A stretch of 64,000 nucleotides of DNA, taken from positions 89,654,001-89,718,000 of the forward strand of contig NC_087437.1 in assembly GCF_036321535.1 (NCBI RefSeq), given 5' to 3'. Source of the DNA: Camelus dromedarius (lineage: Eukaryota). The notes beneath the pieces are model-generated. The model was given only the letters and a program-made list of their open reading frames with translations, was not told the DNA's origin and ran no database searches. Shown one piece after another: positions 54,285 through 64,000 of the stretch; position 1 is the first letter of the stretch; every line of letters starts with the position of its first letter. Position numbers and translations under genes: made by a program.

Positions 54285-54860
54285 TATATATACACACACA
54301 TAAAGCACCCAAGTTCATGAATGAGAAACCGTAAGACCCAGCAATATCTTTCCTAGGTACATACCCAAGAGAAATAAAAGCATACTTCTATACAAAATCT
54401 TGCACTTAAATTTTCATAGCAGAGTTATTCATAATAGCAAAAAAATGTAAAGACCCAAATGTCCATCAACTGACAAATAAATAAGTAACATGAAGTAGGT
54501 GCACACGATGGAATAATATTCAGCAACGAAGTGCTGATGTATGCTGGAACACAAACCTTGAATATGTTATGCTAAGAAGCTAGTGACAGAAGGCCATAAA
54601 TAATATGAATTCATTCATACGAAATATCCACCATGGGCAAATTTATAGAGATAGAAAACAGATTAGTGGTTGCCTAGAGCCAGGGAGGAGATTGGGAGGA
54701 AATACGGAGTGACTACTAATAGAAAATTTCTTTAGGATGATGAAAATGTAAAATTACTTGTGGTAAGAGTTACACAATTCTGTGAACTTACTAAAAATCA
54801 TTGAATTGTACACTTTGGGTAAAGTTGATGGTATACTAATTGTATCTCCATAAAGCTCCA
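52140..54860 (+). mobile_element. Old L1M: 5' region, degenerate ORF1, scraps of ORF2 start, then L1MB-like 3' end
   Basis: ORF1-like DNA at about 53440-54140 (gacaaagacttcaaag..ataaatatgttcaaagaactaaa; caagaagctca; tcttgaaagcaggaagagaaaa). ORF2 3'/3'UTR from about 54335 (gacccagcaat..cctaggtacatacccaagagaaat). Confidence 0.8.
54243..54301. repeat. (CA)16 microsatellite with TA/CA flanks
   Basis: Direct reading; pure CA at 54249-54280. Confidence 0.95.
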
Positions 54861-56149
54861 ATATAAGAATATATATATATATGCATGTGTGTGTGTGTGT
54901 GTATGTATATACAATACATATAAATAAATATAAATATAAATAAATAAATATAAATAAAATGTACTAATATAAAGATTAGTAAAAATGGCTAATTTCATGT
55001 TTGACTGCAATTCAAGAGGAATACAAATAATTAACTTAAAAAGTTACTGATTAAAGAGAAAAAAGAAGAAAAAGAAGGAATGGTCACTCTCTTGGAAGAT
55101 AAACACTACACATGATAACTACTTTCAAGAAACAGAGTGTTTAGTATTCAAGTTAGTAAATAAAGTAGTAGTCAAAGAATGTACTTAGGACTTTATGAAC
55201 CAACTCTAATCTGTACTACTATTGAATAATCTCAGTAAAATAATCTGTCTCTATCAATTCCCCATTACCAATGCAAATGGAACAAATATTACCAAAGCAT
55301 TAAGATACTACCTCACTAATGTCAATTAGGCTATAATGTAATTAAAAATTATTTGAATCAAATGACTTTTATTGATCAAATAATTCAATCATTTTTAGAA
55401 AGATCTGATTCATAAATTTCATAAACTATCTTTCTGGATCCCAAGAAGATTATTTGCTAAAGTTGATGGAAATAAGACCTTCTCTCTTAGTATCCCACAA
55501 AAACCTTAAAGAATTGCATTTCCATGAAAAATCTAAAGCTAACGAATGGGAGAGGCATCTTTTTTCGCACATGAAAGAGCCATAAAGTGTCTTGGGGAAA
55601 TAACCTGAGGGGAATTTGAACAGTGATTGAGTTCTCCATTAGCAGATGTTAGCTAAGAAGCTAGTAGGTTTGAATATTTATGTTACTATAACCTCAAGAT
55701 TGCTTACTGGCTGATGATTCCTGGATGATTGAGGTATACACTTGAACCCTTAAATTAAAAGCATTGATTAAAAACATGAACTAAAATCAAAGAAAAACTG
55801 ATAGCATGCTCATTCTTGATAATACGTGAAATCCATTTATATTTATCTCATTTATAAATACTTTATATTTATTTATCTCATCATACACATGCTAGAACTT
55901 TTCTTTCCATTCCCACAATAACCCATAACAATGCTGAATTTCTGTGGCTACATAAAATAACTTCTAACTTTAAATCTAGCAGTATTGTTACTCTAAAATG
56001 TTTTGTCAAAGTGAGCAGGGATACATTTCACTCTAATTCATGTTCATCCTCCTAAATCCATTATATCATCTTAAAACAAATAAGCAATTAGGCAAAATTA
56101 AAACACACTATCATTGAAATAAAAGTACTATTTCTCCACATTTCAAAAA

Positions 56150-58650
56150 CAAAGACAACAAAACTTTTGCTTCCAACCCAGTGGAATAACAAAGCTGGAT
56201 TTACCCCTTACCTGAAAACAAAGTTTTCGAGATACTGAACATCATAATCATGGACACTGATCCCAGAAAGATGGAAAGCTAGTGAGATGAACCCTAAAAT
56301 CTGTCCCTGTTTAATGTCTTGAGAGATCGTCTAGGCTGAGGTACATGGAGGGAAACCCATGCAGAACCTGGTGGCCTTCCCGAGTTCAGGTGATGGAGCT
56401 GGGTGTCTAAGAAGACTAAAGCAGCTAGAGTTTGCAGGATAGAGTATCAAAAAAGAAGGGAACTACACGAAAAGAGACCTTCAGACATCTGCAGTGCCCC
56501 CCACAGCATTTGGCAAAGTAAGTACTGATCAGCATTTCTGTGTGAGGAAAGTGTTTGATGGACAAGAACCATCAAAAAGGATTAGAGGAAATAGCGTATG
56601 GTGCTTACTCAGGGCTGGGAACAGTGCTTGTCCTAACCAACCTGACTGAAAAAACTCATTACTGTTACCCTGGGCACTGAGAGGATTTTACCTCAGGAAT
56701 GAAAAATAAGTAATTCTTATGCAAATCAAAACTACAATGAGATCATCACCTCACACCAGTCAGAATGGCTGTTATTCAAAAGTCCACAAATGATAAATGC
56801 TGGGGAGGGTGTGGAGAAAAGGGAACCCTCCTATACTATTGGTGGGAATGTAGTTTGGCACAGTCATTGTGGAAAACATTATGGAGATTCCTCAAAAGAC
56901 TAAAAATAGACTTGCCATATGATCCAGTAATCCCACTCCTGGGCATATATCTAGAAGGAAATTTAGTTCAAAAGGATACATGCACCCCAATGTTCACAGC
57001 TGCACTATTTACAATAGCTAAGACATGGAAACAGCCTAAATGTCCACTGTCAGATGGCTATTAAAAAGCTGTGGTATATTTATACAATGGAATACTACTC
57101 ATCCATAAAAAATAATAAAATAATGCCATTTGCAGCAATACGGATGGACCTGGAGATTGTCATTCTAAATGAAGTAAGCCAGAAAGAGAAAGAGAAATAC
57201 CATATGATATCACTCATATGTGGAATCTAAAAAAAAAAAGACAAATTTATTTGCAAAACAGAAACAGACTCTCAGACACAGAAAACAAACTTGTGGTTAC
57301 TGGGTCGGGGGGTGGGGAGAGTGAGAGGAGATAAACTGGAGTTAGAGATTTGCAGATACTAACTGATATATATAGAATAGATAAACAAGTTTATGCTGTA
57401 TAATGCAGGGAACAAGATTCAATATCTTGTAGTAACTTATAACGAAAAAGAATATGAAAATGAATATACATATGTTCATGTATGACTGGGGCATTGTGCT
57501 ATACACCAGAAATCGACACATTTTAAACTGGCTATACTTCAACAAAAATATATATATTAAAAAAAAGAGAAAAATAATCTTACAATAAAAACTACTCAGT
57601 CCCACTTAAGGAATTTAAAAGAAGCTCTGAAAGGGTTAAACTCTTTCTAAGTTAACCAGCACAAAGCTTAAGAATATTTATAGAAATAGGAGAATATTCA
57701 GCATCAGAAAGGTAAAATTTACAATGTCTGGAATCCAATCAAAAACTACTCTGCGTTCAAAGAAGCAGGAAAATGCTATCTATAATGAGATCAATCAATC
57801 TATCGAAACTGACCTAGAAATAATACAGCTGAGAGAAATAAGAGAGAAGTGCATTGAAAATATAAAATCACTCAAAATACATTCAAAACCTAAAAAAAAT
57901 GTGAAATTTATGGAAGTGATTCTTTGTGATCTTGAATTAGGCAAAAGCATCTTACATATAATATACCAAGGCATGATTTTTAAAAGTAAAAAAAAAATAG
58001 TATTAATACAATTAAAAATTTGGATTTCATGAAGTAGTATAACTATGTTAAAAAATAGTTTGGAAATATCTTTAAAAATTACTATACATAGGTCTGCCAT
58101 TTGACGCGACTGTTCTGCTCCTAGGCGTTTACCCAAGAGAAACAGAAGCATAGATACATACAAAGACTTATACACAAATGTTCATAGCAGCTTTATTGCA
58201 AGGCCCCAAACTGTCAATAACTCAAAAGTCTATCACCAGATAAATGAATAAAAAAGTTATACTATGGATATATTCAATAGAATACTAATCAGCAATAGAC
58301 AGGAAGAATATTTATACTCGCAACATAGATGAATTTCAGAATATTTATCCTGAGAGATCAGAAGAAGAGTATATGCTATATGGTTCTATTTATATAAAAT
58401 TCTAGAAAATGTAATCTATATGACATAATGCAGAGCAGTGGTTTCCTGGAGGGAGATGCGGGATGAGCAGAGAAGGTCAGGAGGAAGGAATTATGAAGGT
58501 ATATGAATGAACTTTTGTAGATGGTGAATATGTTCATTATCTTGATTGTGTTGATGGTTTCATCACTACATACACTTGTGAAAATAGACCAAACTGCACA
58601 CTTAAAATATATGTAGATTGATTTTTGTCTATTATATCTCAATAAAATTG
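56150..58650 (+). mobile_element. Old L1M (L1MC/MD/ME-like) fragments: 5' region, ORF1 start and 3' end, interrupted by a younger L1
   Basis: aaggtaaaatttacaatgtctggaatccaatcaaaaa..aagaagcaggaaaat..gaaactgacctagaaat, and a 3'UTR ending tatctcaataaaa. Confidence 0.7.
56719..57568 (+). mobile_element. 5'-truncated lineage-specific L1 (ORF2 C-terminus with degenerate CCHC region, 3'UTR, A tail)
   Basis: ORF 56765-57064 [39 protein letters not shown]; possible TSD gaaaaataa at 56701-56709 and 57569-57577. Confidence 0.92.
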
Positions 58651-59567
58651 TTTTCTTTTTTAATAAGAAATTTAAAAAAGTTTCTTAAAGATTTTTGGTG
58701 ATCATTTGCTTTCATCAGCTATTCACACCCAGAGAAATCAATTCTTTTATCTCTTTCCAAAAAGATGTCTTATGTATCTCATGATGTCTTGAAAGAGTCT
58801 TGAGGTAATACACTCAACAGCATTTCAGAAAACTCCAGGTCGTGTATGTGCACGCGCACACACCCCCAAGCCCCCACTAGCAGGTATTACTAATGCTATT
58901 TCTTTTCCTCATTTGCTTTGGGGTCCAGCATGATCCAGACTTAAATGGCAAGGACACTTTCAAAGTGGCAAATTTAAACAAAAGAACACAAAATATCATT
59001 GGTTTATGATGTACACTTCAAGCTTAAATACTAACACTTTCAATTAATCCTTGCCATACATGATACAGGAGCTTTAACCTTAGGAGACACAAATACCTGT
59101 TTTACTTTCCTTTGTGTTTAGCTCCAGAGAATTCACAATCTCTGGATTACATGTTAATATTTCACTCATTTAAGTTAAGGTTTTGTACAACTGACATTTA
59201 ATGAAGCATTAGGCCAAAACTAGTTTTGCAATGCCAGACAGAGTATTTAAATTAAATATATATCCTACCATTTCTTAAAGTAGATTCCATAGAGTTCAAT
59301 GCAGGAAACACAAAACAAATTTAAAAAGAAAATCATACAGTCAAAGAATACTGCTAAGATGTTGGCTAATGGAATTTTTGCAGTAATTCTCAGAAATGTT
59401 AATCCACTAAAGCACATGTCGATTCAGTAGAGAATCTCCTTCTAAGAACAGACTCATAAAGGACACAGAACAATGAGTAATTTTCTAAACTTAGTAGATT
59501 GAGACCCCTTTCTTTCTTTCTTTCTTTGATTATCCATGAATCCTCAGCTTCCTGGTCTCTAATTGCA

Positions 59568-59750
59568 TGCATTCTCAAACTACAGTGAACCTAAGGATCA
59601 ACAGAGGTACTTACTAAATATTAGGACTCCTAGGCCTGAAATCCAGGAGTTCTGATTTTAAAAGTCTGCACTGAGCCCAGGAATCTGCATTTTTGTAACT
59701 AGTATCTCAGGTGATCCTAATCCAAGCAGTCTAAAGGCTTTTGAGAAACA
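59568..59750. mobile_element. MER5-family relic
   Basis: ttctcaaact..gcccaggaatctgcattttt..caggtgatcctaat..tttgagaaaca. Confidence 0.7.
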
Positions 59751-60687
59751 TAACATTCAGAAATACACTCTACCATTTCCAAATGCTGAAAAAATTATGT
59801 CCTAAGTAGCTCACAGTAAAATTACAATATATTTAGCCAACTTGAAAATGAGCTGCTGCATTATTTTTGATTAACATTAAAATCTAGGTCAAAATCCCTG
59901 TTCACACAGGGAAATGCAGCTAAAGAAAGTCAGCTTAAGCTTGATGGTCAAACATTTGGAACAAATGATGTATAGTAAGTAAATAACACTTGTAGAACAC
60001 AGGCAATACTATTAAGTACTGACAAGCTTCAGCAACTCACCACAAAGTCAGGCTTTGATGGATATGCAAGTTATTACATAGCATAATTCTCAGGGTCAGG
60101 AGGGAGTCCTGAGGGAGTTTCTGTTGGAAGCGTGCTGTACACATAAAGCGTGATGACTATTTCAAAAAGCTAAAAGTAAAAATGTTCTTCATTAAGAGAT
60201 AATAGGCCTCTTTGTCAAAATTCCTTTCTTAGTTATAAGTCACCTAACTTTAAAAGCTTGCTAAGCTTCACTTTTAGATTCTATATAGTTACATCAACCT
60301 CAATATTTTAAAGAATAAACATATTTATTTCTGAATACATTTCTCCCAATGCCTTTCTTAGTTTCACATGTTCACTATCCAAGTCACTTGGGCACCCAAA
60401 TTGTACTGTCTTTGACCCATATTTTAGCCCCATTTTCAGAATCATTTACCAAGTTCCTCTGAAATTTATCTTCTCTTTTAAATCCACCTCTTTTTAAAAT
60501 CTGTTTCATCCATTAGTTCATAGCCTAATTATAATTAGCTCATGCTCTAAACGTCCCTTAAATACTCTTTCAGCCGTCAGCTTTCCTCCCAAACTCGAGA
60601 CCTGTGTCCTAGAATCAGAATATTCAAGCCCAGTCTTCGCCATGTGTGTGACCATGAGAAATCATTCTTCCTCTCTGGATCGGCTTC

Positions 60688-61300
60688 CTGTGTTTGCTGC
60701 ATAACAGATTCTTACCAGCTTAGTGTCCTCAAGCAACGTGCACTGATTTCACAATTTCTATGGATTAAGAGTTCAGATAGGGCATAGCCTGGTCCTCTTC
60801 CCAATGTCACTAAATTGGTGTCATGGTGCTGGCAGGGGCTGTGATTCCCATCTAAGTTTTAGCATCCCCTACAAACTCAGATTGTTGGCAAATGTATTTC
60901 CTTGAGCCTACATATTCAAGGTCCTCATATTCTCACTAGCTGTCACTAAGGAACAGCTTTCAGCTCCCAGAGGTCACCAACAGTTCTTCGTTACATGGCC
61001 CCTAAAGACAGTTCACACAATAGCTATTTGCTTATTTCCAGGCCAGGAGGAGAATGTCTCTCTGGCTCTTCAATCTTTTATAAAGACCTCATCTCATTAT
61101 GTCAGGCTTCCCTTGACAATCTAACCTCTGACAAACTCAAAAGGGATCCATAATTATATCTGTAAAATCCCTTTTGCCATGTAAGGTAACATGATTAAGG
61201 CGGTGAGATCACATATAGTCACAAGTCCCTCTTACACTCCAGGGGAAAAGATTGTTTTAAAAAATGTGGGTCATTAAGGGTTATCATCAAATTATACCTA
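60688..61300 (-). mobile_element. MLT1 (E/F-like) MaLR LTR
   Basis: ttgctgcataaca..cttagtg..tcacaatttctatggattaagagttcag..; taattatatctgtaaaatcccttttgccatgtaaggtaacat. Confidence 0.7.
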
Positions 61301-62224
61301 ACATATTCCTGGAAAAACTAGTTAGCTGGAAAAGAAAATCTTAAGATTTTATGATAACTGCTCATACTATAAATTACTAAACTTATACACGGAATGGAAA
61401 GTTTATATAAGTTCTCAGGATGCTGATAGATTTAGGAAGGCAATACACATCTTTTCCCCACATTTAATGGCAAATATCCAGACTTCCTTGCTACACAGAG
61501 GATTAAAAGCTGCACTGAAACCCCCTGCAGTTTTGAATACAGAGCTGCCCAGAGGCACCAAAGGGATTTCTGAATCAGATTCAAGGGGAGGGAAAAACAG
61601 AGTTAGATGAAAATTATGACTGTTCACTTTCCACTGTTTAAAACAAATAGAAGAAAATGTCTCACCACTGCCTACAGAATAAATTCCAACCCCTTAATCT
61701 GAGTAAAAGACCTTCCATGACTTAACTGGCCCCTGCCTTTGCACTCACCTCCCATGTCCACGTCACTCAGAAAGTTTCATAGTTCCTTCAAATGATCACA
61801 TGCTTTTACTCTGTGTAAGCACGTGGTTCCTTTTTTAAGTATGTTCTACCACCTACTTTTACCCACAACCCATATGATGAATTTCATTCATTGTTTAATA
61901 CCCACTTATTCACTTAACAAATCTTTACTGAGGACCTACATTCATCAACAATTCTTGTCTTCACCTGTCCCACAAAACAGGTCTCATCTCTGCTTCTTCC
62001 TTGGTACAAAAACTGTAGCCAGTTCCTACATCTATTACTAGACCTGCTAGATCTTATGTTCGTACGTCCACCCCCAAATGTGAGTATCTTAAAGGAATAA
62101 TTCTATTGTGTTTATATTTCTAGGACTAATTCAGGGATTGTTACAGATCATCAATCATGCTCAAGATAATAATAATAATGAGAATAACATCTAAATGTAT
62201 TCAGTGATTCCTTGTACTATGAAA

Positions 62225-62375
62225 ACACTTTATACATATTGGCTTATATGAAATCCTTGCAACAGCACTTTGAGGCAAGCTTTATAATCCTCATTTAGCA
62301 GATGAAAAAACCAATATTCAGAGACAGAGACAAGACTTTTATAGAAGTTGCTGATACTTCCTAACGTTTTATTCT
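62225..62375 (-). mobile_element. MIR SINE fragment
   Basis: aatccttgcaacagcactttgagg..ataatcctcatttagcagatgaaaaaacc..tcagaga. Confidence 0.65.
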
Positions 62376-62381
62376 CTTTAG

Positions 62382-62565
62382 CAATGTGGTCCCCAAACAG
62401 AAGCATCATTATTACCCCCACGTTTAACACACTACTAAAAACAGAAGTTCTCAGGTTCCCACTCAGACCTACTCAATCAGAAAACCAGGGCTCAGGGCCC
62501 TATAATCTGAGATTTAACAGGCCCTGGAGGTGATGATGATGCTGGCTAAAGTTTGAGAACCACTG
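62382..62565. mobile_element. MER5A (hAT-Charlie) relic
   Basis: cagacctactcaatcagaaa..tttaacaggccctggaggtgatgatgatgc..ctaaagtttgagaaccactg. Confidence 0.85.
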
Positions 62566-64000
62566 CTCTATACTCTAATAAATATCCTGGCCAAGAAACT
62601 GTAATCAGCTAGAACTTTGAAACAATGTTCCCCCAGAAACTTGGCAATTCAATTCAAATGTTAGATAGAAATGGACAAAATATTGTACAGAAAAAATAAT
62701 TCATCCTGAAATCAGAAGTCACTTTGAAGGCCCATCCCTCCATCCATCCTAGAGTCTGAAACTTAACACAGTGTCAATATGCTGACTGGTCAATACTTAG
62801 TTAAAATATATGGAAAATAATCCTTCCCCTTACCATAATAGCTACTTTGGGATTTACATATAGTATACATTCTTCTTTATAGGAAAATATTCCTCATAGC
62901 TAGTTCTATTACCCCAAAGTCACCTTAAATATCTCCAAGTCAAGGTTCCTCTTTTTTCATTCGGATATTCACTCATGCCCCATAGAATGCTGTGCACTTG
63001 GAACACATTTTAACAATTTCTTATTGAATTGAATTTAGCTGGATTTGATTAGCCTATGTTTTTCCATTGCTTTATACTAGGGATTGTCTTTTTAAAAAGT
63101 GTCATGATATTATAGCAAAAATTGTTCAATGATAATAGGAAAACAAATTTTGATTTCTGAAAACACAAGAGTGCAAGACAAGGATGGAGCACTGCCTTCA
63201 GGGAGGAGTGTCTGCTGAGGGATTTTGGAGTGAACTTCCACCTGGCGTATCTAGAGGACAGCCATAGTAACGAAGGTGCATTCTGCAGAGAGTACTGCAT
63301 ACATAATAAGTGCATATACACCTATAAAAAACAGTTTAGAGCACTCAGGAATTTAACCAGCTAGTTGTGAAGACAAACTATGTAAACATGTGAAAGAAGA
63401 GCTGCAAATAGATAAAAAGCTATGAATGCAAGTGTAGGAATAATAAATGCTCTATTGATAGCCATGCATTAAAGAGCATAGAAAAAAAAAGCTTCACTAA
63501 TTCTGAAAAGAGTACAGAACCTTATGCTCATTCTGTACATGATTTTGTTTTGATTTTTGGTCTAGTCCTGAATCAGATGATTTTAAAGTATACTGTTTAT
63601 AAGATCCAAAGTATGTATTTTTATATATAAACAAAAGTCCCTCTATTTAGTTTAAGAACAACTCTAGCATTCAGAGCAGAAGCCAAATTTGTCAAAAAGT
63701 AAGATATTTTATAAAACTATTTTTATGAAAACATTATGTGTTTCTCATAAGGCTACCATATAAAAAACAATCAATCAGTATTAATGACTAGTATGTTAGT
63801 CTCTGACCTCTCTGAGGACATATTTACACGAACCACAAATAAAATGGTAAGAAATTAAGAACTAACTATGTCAGAATTCAGAAAGGGTTGCATGTACGTG
63901 CAGTAATAAAACAATTTAACTGAAGGAGAGTATTTAAGAAGGAAGAATATTCTAGTATAAACCAAGCCCTTCAAACAGAAAAACATCTGATACAAGAATT

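Noticed and set aside
419..63321. Remaining 60-126 aa ORFs in the track
   Set aside because: Low-complexity F/L/I/K-rich translations typical of AT-rich intron or decayed repeats; many use non-ATG starts and none shows recognisable homology.
47516..64000. Preceding CADM2 exon (GVPEKPQISGF..WFKNDKEIK)
   Set aside because: Not found by eye; presumably lies beyond the window end.

Overview
AT-rich mammalian genomic DNA lying inside the CADM2 (SynCAM2/Necl-3) gene on the minus strand. Three coding exons are present (47345-47515, 27818-27908, 10427-10605). They have canonical AG/GT boundaries and compatible phases, and encode the end of Ig2 and all of Ig3. The middle exon is missed by the ORF track. 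The rest is intron, filled with old eutherian repeats (MIR, L2, MER3/5/20, MLT1/MLT2, old L1M), two ERV1-type solo LTRs and several younger L1 pieces. The L1 3' ends and the absence of Alu/BovB/Bov-tA/PRE/CAN SINEs suggest a camelid-like cetartiodactyl (inference). The most unusual object is a 3.05-kb L1 (23132-26183) with a perfect 16-bp TSD, an apparently complete 5'UTR and a near-intact ORF1, joined directly to the extreme C-terminus of ORF2. It has no endonuclease, RT or zinc knuckle, so it is a half-L1 (HAL1)-like or spliced element. Next to it is a MER41-like LTR carrying a perfect STAT (GAS) palindrome. Repeat family names are from recall of consensus sequences, not from a search, and boundaries of old repeats are approximate.
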